DNA from: a virus
Taxonomy: Duplodnaviria > Caudoviricetes
Length of the DNA stretch: 61,886 bases
Virus record (IMG/VR): IMGVR_UViG_3300025879_000023
Location: 1-61,886 of that record
Direction: 5' to 3' (one strand)
A program made the position numbers and the translations under genes. Below, one piece after another: positions 46,032 through 55,067 of this stretch; the first letter of the stretch is position 1, and every line of letters begins with the position of its first letter. A model generated the notes under the pieces. The model was not told the DNA's origin. It worked only from the letters and a program-made list of their open reading frames with translations, and searched no databases.

Positions 46032-46907
46032 ATGTCTTTAAATAAAAGATTAATAAATACAGGAGGCGGAGGCGGCGGTGCTTTTGATGTAGCTAATTTT
46101 ACACCAATTAATTATTATAGTTTTTCCGCTGCAATAGGAGGAGATAATTATGGTGGTATTTGGTCTACAAATGGTTTGCATTATTACGTTTCAAAGTCTA
46201 CAACGACAAAAGGAGTTTATCAATTTGATGCTTCTACTGCTTGGGATGTGACATCTTTATCTTATTCAGGAAATTATAGTGCATTAACAGGTACTGAATT
46301 TGCAGCAAATTATCAACCCTTAGAAATAAGTAGCGATGGAGTTTATTTTTGGAGTGATAGAAGGGAATGGAACGGAAGTAGTTTTACTTGTGGAACTTTT
46401 AGATGGACATTAAGTACTCCTTATGATATTTCTACCGCAGGAAGCAGGATTAATTTCTACACATCAGGAAATAACAATGTTATATATTCTCAAAAATGGT
46501 ATAATGACGGAAGTTATTACCACGTTCAATATGGTACTACACATAGAGTGTTTAGTTGCCCAACTCCATATTCTCTAACAGGTGCTACTACTTTAAGTAA
46601 TGGGACAATAACTCAATCTGCCTCAGATGTATCAATGACACCTGATGGTTTGTTTTATTGTTGGGTATATTCAACAAGTAATAATGATAATATGACTTTT
46701 TATCAATTTCCATTAACAACACCTTTTGATTTAGACACAAGAACAACTACTACAAATTTTACTTATTCAAGATTAGATTTACCATCACCCCCATCAACTG
46801 TAAGACTTGCACACGGAATACAAATAAGTCCTGATGGAACAAAAGCGTATTATTTATCTTCTCAAGGTAGAGTTTTAGTTGAGTTTGATACTAATGCGGT
46901 TTTTTAA
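46032..46907 (+). CDS. Beta-propeller receptor-binding protein
   Basis: Repeats YQF..STAWDV, W.LSTPYDIS, QFPLTTPFDL and ISPDGTK.Y. Confidence 0.65.
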   Translation: MSLNKRLINTGGGGGGAFDVANFTPINYYSFSAAIGGDNYGGIWSTNGLHYYVSKSTTTKGVYQFDASTAWDVTSLSYSGNYSALTGTEFAANYQPLEISSDGVYFWSDRREWNGSSFTCGTFRWTLSTPYDISTAGSRINFYTSGNNNVIYSQKWYNDGSYYHVQYGTTHRVFSCPTPYSLTGATTLSNGTITQSASDVSMTPDGLFYCWVYSTSNNDNMTFYQFPLTTPFDLDTRTTTTNFTYSRLDLPSPPSTVRLAHGIQISPDGTKAYYLSSQGRVLVEFDTNAVF

Positions 46908-47001
46908 ATTATTAAAATAAAACGGAATATAAAAACCTTCAATTAAACTATGTGCGATAAAATATCATTCATTAGTAGGTTAAGCTAATTAAAAATTAAA
47001 T

Positions 47002-47073
47002 ATGTTAACAAAAGTAACAAACGATTTATTAGCGCTTGGTGAAAGCACAAGCGGTTTAAACAATAAAAAATAA
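47002..47073 (+). pseudogene. Truncated remnant of an M-x-LTKV-type fibre gene (MLTKVTNDLLALGESTSGLNNKK*)
   Basis: A-rich leader and an N-terminus like 41515, 44861 and 47077, but it stops after 23 codons. Confidence 0.5.
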
Positions 47074-47076
47074 AAA

Positions 47077-47667
47077 ATGGCAATAACAAAAGTAGTAGGT
47101 GAATTAATAGCTGACAATGCAATAGGCGCTATAAACTTAAATGTTTCTGGAAATGGAACAGCCGGCCAAGCATTACTATCAGATGGCGACGGCACATTTA
47201 GCTGGGGAGCCGCTGGTGAATCTTACACGGCAGGAACTGGAATAACCTTAACTGGAACAGAGTTTTCTATAGGGCAATCTGTTAATACTGCTTCAGATGT
47301 TCAATTTAATAGTCTTGGGGTTGGAACCGCTGCTCCAACAACCGCTGGATTAATTAGAGCAACCAATGACGTTGTAGCTTTTTACTCCTCTGACAAAAGA
47401 TTAAAAGATAATATTACAACTATACCAAATGCTTTGGATAAAGTATGTAAATTAGGTGGATATGAATTTGACTGGAACGCTAAGCAAGACGTTTACGAGG
47501 GTCATGACATTGGGGTTATTGCTCAAGAAGTTGAAGCAGCATTTCCAGAGTTGGTTGCCACAAGAGACAGTGGGTATAAGGCTGTTAAATACGAAAAGCT
47601 AGTAGCAGTACTTATTGAAGCTATCAAAGAATTAAAAGCGGAAGTTGAATCTTTAAAAAACAAATAA
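47077..47667 (+). CDS. Short tail fibre with peptidase S74 intramolecular chaperone
   Basis: SSDKRLKDNI...GVIAQEVE..FPELV...V.YEKLVAVLIEAIKEL. Confidence 0.85.
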   Translation: MAITKVVGELIADNAIGAINLNVSGNGTAGQALLSDGDGTFSWGAAGESYTAGTGITLTGTEFSIGQSVNTASDVQFNSLGVGTAAPTTAGLIRATNDVVAFYSSDKRLKDNITTIPNALDKVCKLGGYEFDWNAKQDVYEGHDIGVIAQEVEAAFPELVATRDSGYKAVKYEKLVAVLIEAIKELKAEVESLKNK

Positions 47668-47668
47668 A

Positions 47669-48097
47669 ATGGCGTTAGTAGGAGATTTGATTCAAACGGA
47701 ATATATAGAGTCTGCAACAGAGAAAAAAACAGTAGAGATTTTTTACCCTGAAAATTTAACTGAATTAGATAATAATTATGAAAAAAGAGGAACAAGCGAA
47801 CAAATAGAGGTTCCGTTAACAAAAATAAAAGAAAATATTATAGAAAATGTTTATGTAACGGTTCACTCTATGCACAGCTTTAAATTTGTTGCAGATGGCG
47901 AACACAAAACACTTTATAACATAACTTATAGAGTATACAAAAGTAAACAAGACAGGCTAAAGGATATAAATTCTTTTGTTTATCAAAACGTAGTAGACTC
48001 ACAAGAGATAAACTACAATTTAGATAAGAAAGAAATTCAACAAGCTTATGAAATCGTGAAAACAGTACAAGGGTTTGAAAATTTAATAAACGATTAA
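47669..48097 (+). CDS. Hypothetical protein (fibre-associated)
   Basis: 142 aa coupled to the S74 gene. Confidence 0.6.
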   Translation: MALVGDLIQTEYIESATEKKTVEIFYPENLTELDNNYEKRGTSEQIEVPLTKIKENIIENVYVTVHSMHSFKFVADGEHKTLYNITYRVYKSKQDRLKDINSFVYQNVVDSQEINYNLDKKEIQQAYEIVKTVQGFENLIND

Positions 48098-48100
48098 GAT

Positions 48101-49048
48101 ATGGCGGTACCTAGTAGCGGAGCTTTAGGATTATATTCAGATATAGGAGTAGAATTAGGTGTGCCTCAGAGCAATGTATCTCTAGGGTCAATGTCTGACT
48201 CAGCGGGATTTGCCGCTCCTGATGCTATGTCTGATTTTTATGGTTATGTGGATGCTATAGCTCCAAGTGTTACAACAAGCGCAATTAGTAATGTAGGCAC
48301 TACAACTTTAAGAGCTAATGGCAATGTCTCATCAGATGGTGGAGCAACTATAAGTCAAAGAGGGTTTTACATTGGAACAAATAGCTCATCTCCAACAAAT
48401 AATACTAAATACACTGTAGGAGGTACTACAGGCAGTTATTTATACAATGCTTCTGGTTTAAGTGATAATACAACTTATTACTGTTGGGCTTTTGCCACTA
48501 ATTCAGTAGGAACTACATATGGGGCAAGGGTTCAGTCAACAACTGTACAAGCATTTACACCAACATACGCACTTGCTAATTTAACAAGGACTCAAGTGTT
48601 AATAGGTAATATAAATTCTGCTATACCGCGTGCGGGTACTTTTACTATGTATGGATTGACATATTATATTAACCCTATAACAGGAGGATATGTAGGTACA
48701 TATAATGACAATGATAGCGCTTATTTAAATGTTGGGGATTGGTTTCCTGCAAATCAAAACTTTAGAACATTTGAAAGAAATCCAGCGAGTTATAATTGGG
48801 TAACAAACGCACAAAATGAGCATAGGGCTCAAATGAACACAACTATTGGCGAATGGAATAATTATTATTCAACTCACAATTTTGAATTAACTGCATATCC
48901 TGGCAAATCTTTTACTAACTACTCTTTTGGTAATGTTAAAACTATAAACCTTGGCACAAATCAATCTAGCTCAAGGTTATACGCATCAGGAAACGGCGAT
49001 ACTTATGGGGCTACCGCATACATTTGGGCAAGATTTAATTACTCATAA
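48101..49048 (+). CDS. Fibre-tip adhesin with FN3-like domain
   Basis: MAVPSSGAL...SL...PDAMSDFYG cap motif and V.SDGGA.I..RGF...GL..NTTYY..AFATNSVGT.YG. Confidence 0.7.
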   Translation: MAVPSSGALGLYSDIGVELGVPQSNVSLGSMSDSAGFAAPDAMSDFYGYVDAIAPSVTTSAISNVGTTTLRANGNVSSDGGATISQRGFYIGTNSSSPTNNTKYTVGGTTGSYLYNASGLSDNTTYYCWAFATNSVGTTYGARVQSTTVQAFTPTYALANLTRTQVLIGNINSAIPRAGTFTMYGLTYYINPITGGYVGTYNDNDSAYLNVGDWFPANQNFRTFERNPASYNWVTNAQNEHRAQMNTTIGEWNNYYSTHNFELTAYPGKSFTNYSFGNVKTINLGTNQSSSRLYASGNGDTYGATAYIWARFNYS

Positions 49049-49058
49049 TTAAAACAAA

Positions 49059-49112
49059 ATGATTACAGCCTTGAAAATATACCTATTGAACGCAGTAGCG
49101 CTTGCTGCTTAA
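49059..49112 (+). pseudogene. Remnant of a holin-like gene (MITALKIYLLNAVALAA*)
   Basis: Resembles the N-terminus of 52234-52386 (DIKLYIINAISL) but stops after 17 codons. Confidence 0.45.
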
Positions 49113-49163
49113 AAAAACCAAAAAACACGTAATCTTATAACTATTAACTATAAACCAAAACCA

Positions 49164-49454
49164 ATGACACTTTTTTACCGCACTCATTCGTGGAGTAGTG
49201 AACCACAAATTACCGATGAAACCAAAAAGCTATGGAAGCATATTGCTACTAAAGCTAATTGGAGAATCACCCAATTACCAAACGGTTTTTTTCAAACCGA
49301 ATACCAAGATCTAGAAGATAAAGATACTTGGAACGACGTAACCAGAAGAGAAACAGTTAAAGGTGCAGAAGCTGCTATTGATTCAACAATAGAGCACTAT
49401 GCTAAAAAACTAGAATTCTTAGACGGACCTAAAGTCGTTAAAACCTTTAAATAA
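49164..49454 (+). CDS. Conserved hypothetical protein
   Basis: NWRITQLPNGFFQTE...W.DVTRRET; 96 aa. Confidence 0.7.
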   Translation: MTLFYRTHSWSSEPQITDETKKLWKHIATKANWRITQLPNGFFQTEYQDLEDKDTWNDVTRRETVKGAEAAIDSTIEHYAKKLEFLDGPKVVKTFK

Positions 49455-49484
49455 AATACTACTTCAATCAAATTAAATTAAATT

Positions 49485-51041
49485 ATGTCAGACGCAATTG
49501 TCAAGAACCTAAGTTTCGGTAACGAAGCTAAGGACAAAGTATTTGAAGGTATCACAAAACTCACAAAAGCCGTTAGCTCCACGCTCGGGGCTAGCGGTAA
49601 ATGTGTGATGCTTGAAGATGGAAATGGAAGACCAATAATAACAAAAGACGGTGTAACAGTAGCAGATAGTATTATACTATTAGATCCTGTTGAAAATATG
49701 GGGGCAACGCTTTTAAAAGAAGCTGCTAGAAAAACCGTAAGCGAAGCAGGTGACGGCACAACAACCGCAACTGTATTAGCGCACTCTATACTAACTGAAG
49801 CTTACAATGTAGCCGATAAAATTAGTTCAAGAGATTTAAAAATAGGTATAGACAACGCTGTTGAAAAAGTAGTTAAATACTTAGAGTCAATTTCAGTTGG
49901 TGTACAAGGAGATATGATAGATCAAATAGCTACTATCTCTACAAACAATGATTCTGAATTAGGTAAAATTATAGGTGATGCCTTTAGATCTGTTGATGAA
50001 ACAGGTGTAGTTATGATGGAAACATCGTCGAATGGTTCTACAGAAGTAGAAATAGTAGATGGAGTACAATATAACAAAGGATTAACGAACTCTCATTTTG
50101 TAACAAGCAAAAGTCAAAGAGTTGCTGAATTAGAAAACCCTTACGTGTTATTAGTTGAATCGCCAATAGATAACATAAGACAAATTCAAAGCGTGCTAGA
50201 GTTTGTTATAAAGGGTAATAAGTCTTTACTTGTAATAGCCGATGTAGACCAGCCAGTACTTGCAACTTTAGCAATGAATAAAGTTAAAGGTAATTTAAAG
50301 ATCAATGTTATTAATGCACCCACGTATGGTGTTGCTAAAAAAGAAACATTAGATGATCTTGCAATGCTAACAGGCGCCACTATTATAAATGAAGACTTAG
50401 GAGATGATTTAGATTTAATTAATCCTCAATACCTAGGCTCTTGCATAAAAAGTGTAACTACAGACGAAGAAACAATATTACAAGTTGGAGAAGTTTCAGA
50501 AGAGGTTCAAAATACTATAAAAGGTATTAAAGAAAAACTACTGACAACTACTGAACCACATGAAGTGGTAAAACTTGAAAGACGATTAGCAAGACTTGCA
50601 GCTAAAATAGCTATAGTAAAAGTTGGTGCTAATTCTGAAATAGAATTAAAAGAAAAGAAAGATAGAGTAGAAGATGCTATATGCGCAACTAAAGCCGCAA
50701 TTAAAGAAGGTATTGTACCTGGTGGTGGAATTGCACTGTTAAACGCATCGGAAACAGTTAAAGCTAAATCAATAGGTGAAGAAGCTTTGTTAGAGGCTAT
50801 TAAGGCGCCGTTTAAGACCATTTTAGAAAACGCAGGTATAGAGTATCAAGAATCTCTTAGAGGCAAAGGAATGGGTCTAAATGTGATAACTGGTAAAAAG
50901 GTTAATATGATCAAACAAGGTATTATTGATCCATTATTGGTTACTAAAAGTGCATTAAGAAATGCTGCCTCGGTTGCTACAACTATTTTATCTACTGATT
51001 GTGTAATTAATAACTTAAGGATTAATGAAGGCAATAGGTAG
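49485..51041 (+). CDS. groEL: Chaperonin GroEL
   Basis: Motifs ITKDGVTVA, AGDGTTTATVLA, KDRVEDA, GIVPGGG and GIIDP..V. Confidence 0.97.
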   Translation: MSDAIVKNLSFGNEAKDKVFEGITKLTKAVSSTLGASGKCVMLEDGNGRPIITKDGVTVADSIILLDPVENMGATLLKEAARKTVSEAGDGTTTATVLAHSILTEAYNVADKISSRDLKIGIDNAVEKVVKYLESISVGVQGDMIDQIATISTNNDSELGKIIGDAFRSVDETGVVMMETSSNGSTEVEIVDGVQYNKGLTNSHFVTSKSQRVAELENPYVLLVESPIDNIRQIQSVLEFVIKGNKSLLVIADVDQPVLATLAMNKVKGNLKINVINAPTYGVAKKETLDDLAMLTGATIINEDLGDDLDLINPQYLGSCIKSVTTDEETILQVGEVSEEVQNTIKGIKEKLLTTTEPHEVVKLERRLARLAAKIAIVKVGANSEIELKEKKDRVEDAICATKAAIKEGIVPGGGIALLNASETVKAKSIGEEALLEAIKAPFKTILENAGIEYQESLRGKGMGLNVITGKKVNMIKQGIIDPLLVTKSALRNAASVATTILSTDCVINNLRINEGNR

Positions 51042-51285
51042 AAACTTAATAATAGAAAAAGTAAAAGAAGGAACCACCGAAACAAAAGGTGGTTTACTTC
51101 TTGCTGAAAACCAAAGGGAGGACATTAGGTATATTATGGCTAATGTAGTTTCTGTAGGTGATGAAACAGCTGGTATAAAAGAAGGTGATCAAATTTATTA
51201 TGATCGTCATGCTGGGCATAAAATAGAAGTGGATAAAAATATTTACCATATTATAAAATTACAAGATGTAGTTGTTGTTCTATGA
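51025..51285 (+). CDS. groES: Co-chaperonin GroES
   Basis: T.GGLLL mobile loop, VVSVG, I.EGD and DVV.VL. Confidence 0.9.
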   Translation: MKAIGRNLIIEKVKEGTTETKGGLLLAENQREDIRYIMANVVSVGDETAGIKEGDQIYYDRHAGHKIEVDKNIYHIIKLQDVVVVL

Positions 51286-51728
51286 AAAGGCTAGAAGCAG
51301 GAGATGTTCGAGAACTCAACCTGTTAAAACATTATCGAATAATAAGACAATGGGCTAGTAGAAACAACAACTTAAATGATGCGGATTTAGAATTACTGAT
51401 CTACTTTGATTGCATGGGCTTTTTTACCAAGCAAGATTATAAAATCGGTACGTATGCTTATAGCTGGGACAATAAGCGCTGGAACAGATTGTTGAAAGAA
51501 GGGTGGATTACGGTTTGGAGAAAAAGAAACCATACCACTCAAAAATATCATATATACAAAGTTTCATTTAAGTGCAAACAGCTTATAAGTAGGATGTATC
51601 GTATTATGCTTGGCGAAGAAGATATACCAACAAGTCATAGAAGAAATAATATAATGAAGGGCAAAACATATATGGATACTGTCCTTAAAACTGCAATTGA
51701 TAACGTAAACAAAGATAAAGACAGATAA
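51282..51728 (+). CDS. Hypothetical protein, possible winged-helix fold
   Basis: L..ADLELL.Y...RL.KEGWI..W...Y.VSFK.K pattern. Confidence 0.55.
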   Translation: MKRLEAGDVRELNLLKHYRIIRQWASRNNNLNDADLELLIYFDCMGFFTKQDYKIGTYAYSWDNKRWNRLLKEGWITVWRKRNHTTQKYHIYKVSFKCKQLISRMYRIMLGEEDIPTSHRRNNIMKGKTYMDTVLKTAIDNVNKDKDR

Positions 51729-51729
51729 T

Positions 51730-52005
51730 ATGTACAACCCAAATGAACAAATGATAGATCCAATGACTGGTATGCCGATGCAACAAACGGTAGTTCCACC
51801 AGCTCCTAGTAATACATTAGGTGCTGCTAAACCAGTTTTTAATAATACAACTCAAACTGCAGCTCAAGGGCTTTACGGAGATGTAGAGCAAAGACAAATG
51901 TCTATGGGTAATAGAACACCTATGTTCATGAAAGATCAAACTGGTGATGGTAAAATTACTAGAGCAGATGTTATAAAGGCTAGGATTGAAGGTTACAAAG
52001 AATAA
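51730..52005 (+). CDS. Hypothetical protein with EF-hand-like DQTGDGKITRAD loop
   Basis: Motif seen in the translation. Confidence 0.6.
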   Translation: MYNPNEQMIDPMTGMPMQQTVVPPAPSNTLGAAKPVFNNTTQTAAQGLYGDVEQRQMSMGNRTPMFMKDQTGDGKITRADVIKARIEGYKE

Positions 52006-52247
52006 TGATTAAACTAATAAAAGATATTATGAAAAAAACTACAACACCAGCTGTAAGTAAAATAGAGGCCCACGGTACAACCGGGGCTAATGCTTTATGG
52101 GATGGGCCATTAGATACCACTGGTTTTCCAATGGGTAAAGGTTCTAGCAGTGGAAAAAATGGTATGAAAGTTAACATGGCAGATGTTCCTTATTCAGAAG
52201 GGCCTATTACGTCAAAGACTTATGCTAAGGGAAATGGCAGGGGCTGA
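52005..52247 (+). CDS. Hypothetical virion-associated protein
   Basis: G.NALWDGP...GFPMGKGSS.G motif; start may be 52029. Confidence 0.6.
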   Translation: MIKLIKDIMKKTTTPAVSKIEAHGTTGANALWDGPLDTTGFPMGKGSSSGKNGMKVNMADVPYSEGPITSKTYAKGNGRG

Positions 52248-52386
52248 TATTAAACTGTACATCATTAACGCAATATCTTTATTAGTATCTATGACGAGCA
52301 TTGAGCCTGTATTAAAAATAATGCTACTAGTGGTTACTATTGGATATACTGCTAATAAGTGGTATCATTTGTATAAAAAGAAATAA
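52234..52386 (+). CDS. Small holin-like membrane protein
   Basis: ATG at 52234, two hydrophobic segments and a basic C-terminus, directly before the endolysin. Confidence 0.6.
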   Translation: MAGADIKLYIINAISLLVSMTSIEPVLKIMLLVVTIGYTANKWYHLYKKK

Positions 52387-52388
52387 AA

Positions 52389-52844
52389 ATGATTAGTAAG
52401 CACGTGTCTGATAAAGAAGGTGTTTATTCAAGGACTGCGCTAAGACTTGATATAGACAACACGCCTGAGCCATATCACTTGGTTAATATGCAGATAATTG
52501 CTGAACTTGTTTTTGAACCACTTAGAGAGTGGGTTGGTGGGCCTATAAAGATTAATTCTTTTTATAGGTGTAAAGAATTAAACTTAGCTATTGGAGGAAG
52601 TTCTAGATCACAACATTGTGAAGGTAGAGCTATTGATTTAGATGATACATTTGGCCATAAAACAAATGCTGAAATGTTTAATTATATAAAAGACAACTTA
52701 GATTTTGATCAATTAATTTGGGAATTTGGTGACGATAAAAATCCTGATTGGGTGCATGTTAGTTATGCCTCTGGTGATGAAAATAGAAGAAGAATATTAA
52801 AGGCTTACAAGCTTAATGGCAAAACAAAATACGAAGTAATATAA
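52389..52844 (+). CDS. Endolysin, peptidase M15 family
   Basis: INSFYRC..LN.AIGGS..SQH..G.AID...WVHVS. Confidence 0.9.
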   Translation: MISKHVSDKEGVYSRTALRLDIDNTPEPYHLVNMQIIAELVFEPLREWVGGPIKINSFYRCKELNLAIGGSSRSQHCEGRAIDLDDTFGHKTNAEMFNYIKDNLDFDQLIWEFGDDKNPDWVHVSYASGDENRRRILKAYKLNGKTKYEVI

Positions 52845-53128
52845 TGGCATATATACAAAACTCTCCTCTTAATAAACTTAAGAAAACAACTAAAGGTAAA
52901 GGAAGACACTTCCTTACTGCTAAAGAAGGTGCTGGAATGACAGAGGCTGGCCGAAAAGCTTACAATAAAGAAACTGGTGGTGATTTAAAAGCGCCTCAAC
53001 CAGGCGGTGGAAAACGCAAAAAAAGCTATTGTGCTAGGTCAAAAGGCCAAATGCAAATGCACAATATAGATTGTTCAAAAACACCAGATAAAAGAATTTG
53101 CGCAGCAAGACGCAGATGGAAATGCTAA
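52844..53128 (+). CDS. Small basic conserved phage protein
   Basis: GMT.AGR..YN..TG..LKAP...R.KSYCARS.G...ARRRWKC. Confidence 0.7.
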   Translation: MAYIQNSPLNKLKKTTKGKGRHFLTAKEGAGMTEAGRKAYNKETGGDLKAPQPGGGKRKKSYCARSKGQMQMHNIDCSKTPDKRICAARRRWKC

Positions 53129-53146
53129 CATTAATAAATAAATATT

Positions 53147-53308
53147 ATGGGAAATTACAGTAAAGGACCTTCAATGAAAGATTCAGAAATGAAAATGGAG
53201 AAACAAATGTCTATGGCTGGTCCGTCAATGACTGGTTCTCCAGCTAAAATGAATAACTCACCAATGGCTATGAAAGGTTCTTGGATGAGCAAACACTGTT
53301 CAAAGTAA
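53147..53308 (+). CDS. Met-rich small protein (MGNYSKGPSMKDSEMKMEKQMSM...WMSKHCSK)
   Basis: 53 aa, hand-translated, 11 Met; TAATG overlap with the next gene. Confidence 0.6.
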   Translation: MGNYSKGPSMKDSEMKMEKQMSMAGPSMTGSPAKMNNSPMAMKGSWMSKHCSK

Positions 53309-53466
53309 TGGAATCCAAAGGTTTAGGCGATACTGTTGAAAAAATAACTAAAGCAACTGGTATTAAAACAGTAGTTGATAAAGTATCAGAAGGCCTTAAT
53401 ATCCCTTGCGGATGCCAAAAAAGAAAAGAAGCTTTAAATAAAATGTTTCCATATAATGGCGTTTAA
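53308..53466 (+). CDS. Small conserved protein (GLGDTVEKITKATGIK...CGC..RKEALN)
   Basis: ATG at 53308; recognisable marine phage motif. Confidence 0.7.
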   Translation: MESKGLGDTVEKITKATGIKTVVDKVSEGLNIPCGCQKRKEALNKMFPYNGV

Positions 53467-53776
53467 ATTAAGTAATCCACCGTATTACATCGATAATACG
53501 CCTATATACAACGTAGACTTAGGCAACGAAGTATTAGGCAAAGCCGATAGAAACGGCAGCATACTTATAAATAAAAATATTACTGACGAAAAACAAAAAC
53601 AAGATGTAATTAATCACGAGAAAGTTCATTTAGATCAAATGAAAAGAGGTGATTTAGATTACAACGACAGTGCAGTTTTTTGGAAAGGTAAAAAATATTC
53701 AAGAGCGCAAATGAAGGAAGGCGCTAAAAATCTTCCTTGGGAAAAAGAAGCTTATAAAAAATCTAAAACAAAATAA
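53456..53776 (+). CDS. Zincin-like metallopeptidase domain protein
   Basis: VLGKA..NGSI.IN...HEKVH..Q...PWEKEA. Confidence 0.7.
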   Translation: MAFKLSNPPYYIDNTPIYNVDLGNEVLGKADRNGSILINKNITDEKQKQDVINHEKVHLDQMKRGDLDYNDSAVFWKGKKYSRAQMKEGAKNLPWEKEAYKKSKTK

Positions 53777-53778
53777 TT

Positions 53779-54111
53779 ATGGCATTTAAAATGAAACACA
53801 GCAGTCCTTTAAATATGATTAATAAAGGAAAAGATGATAACACAAAAAAAGGAAGCAGAATGAGTGCTTCTGAAGCGTCTGCGTCTGCAAAGCCGGATAT
53901 GGAAGTAACCATTACGGCTAAAAAGAAAACTGTGCCTAGAGGATATGCAGCTCCAGCTGGAGACGTTAAAAAAGGTAGAAAAGTTAAAGAGATAAAAAAA
54001 GAAAGAAAATTTGATACAGTATCTTTATCTCAAAAAGAAAAACAAGGTGCAAAAGGTGCTAAATGGGCTAAAACAAAAACTTATAGTGTACAAAACGTAA
54101 AGTTTAACTAG
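53779..54111 (+). CDS. Basic hypothetical protein
   Basis: Lys-rich, starts MAFKMKHSSPLNM. Confidence 0.65.
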   Translation: MAFKMKHSSPLNMINKGKDDNTKKGSRMSASEASASAKPDMEVTITAKKKTVPRGYAAPAGDVKKGRKVKEIKKERKFDTVSLSQKEKQGAKGAKWAKTKTYSVQNVKFN

Positions 54112-54113
54112 TT

Positions 54114-54569
54114 ATGCCTAAAGATAAAAAACCTTTTAAAGAAACCGGGCTGGGTAAATTTTTACTTGGTGCGGGCTCTACTATTATAGACGTAGTAGGC
54201 GATGCTCTTCCGGATAAAGGTCTTTTAGGTGTAGTTAAAAATTTAATAGATAAAGATCCAGATTTAAGTGAAGATCAAAAAGCAGAGGCTCACGATAGAT
54301 TAGTAGAACTTTATAGATTAGAAGTAGCTGATAGAGACTCAGCAAGAAAAAGAGAAGTTAACCTAAGAAAGTATGGAACTGACTGGATGTTTAATGCAAC
54401 AGGTATAGTTGGATTAGCGTCATTTGCTTTTTTAGTATATACAGTAGTTACTACAGAAGTACCGCAGTCGAATAAAGAAATTTTTATACATTTGTTAGGA
54501 ATTGTAGAAGGAGTAGCCTTAAGTATTTTTGGTTATTATTTCGGTTCTGCAATTAAAGATAATAAATAA
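54114..54569 (+). CDS. Holin-like membrane protein
   Basis: DRDSARKRE followed by two TM helices and YYFGS. Confidence 0.7.
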   Translation: MPKDKKPFKETGLGKFLLGAGSTIIDVVGDALPDKGLLGVVKNLIDKDPDLSEDQKAEAHDRLVELYRLEVADRDSARKREVNLRKYGTDWMFNATGIVGLASFAFLVYTVVTTEVPQSNKEIFIHLLGIVEGVALSIFGYYFGSAIKDNK

Positions 54570-54595
54570 CAATTAATTAAATTAAATTAAATCAA

Positions 54596-54838
54596 ATGAA
54601 AAAAGTACAAGAAATTACAAAAGAACAATTAGCAAAAATCCAAGAACAGCAAAAGCAGTTATCTGATTTGTTGAAAGATATTGGATTTGTAGAAGTTCAA
54701 AAGCACGCTTTATTACATAAACAAGCTGGTCTTAATGAAGAGATTGAAGCTTATAAAGCAGAATTGGAAAAAGAGTATGGGGCTATTACTATTGATATAG
54801 AAACAGGTTCTTATACTGAAATTAAAAAAGAAGAGTAA
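54596..54838 (+). CDS. Coiled-coil hypothetical protein
   Basis: LEKEYG...IDI.TG motif. Confidence 0.7.
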   Translation: MKKVQEITKEQLAKIQEQQKQLSDLLKDIGFVEVQKHALLHKQAGLNEEIEAYKAELEKEYGAITIDIETGSYTEIKKEE

Positions 54839-54839
54839 A

Positions 54840-55067
54840 ATGTCTTCTGTTATAAGAAAAATAAGTATAGGCTCTGACTATAAAAATGATGCAATGCACT
54901 ATGCTGTAGGGCAAAGCGTTTATGGCGGTCATAAAATAGCTTATATATTATTTGACGAACAGGATAGCTCTTATAACATTCACATAAAGAAGGACAGCGA
55001 GGTAATGCCATGGAAGAAGTTTAATTCTAACATGGCAATATCCGTTGAGTATGATCTCGAGTACTAA
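54840..55067 (+). CDS. Conserved hypothetical protein
   Basis: IRKISIGSDYKNDAMHY.VGQ. Confidence 0.7.
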   Translation: MSSVIRKISIGSDYKNDAMHYAVGQSVYGGHKIAYILFDEQDSSYNIHIKKDSEVMPWKKFNSNMAISVEYDLEY

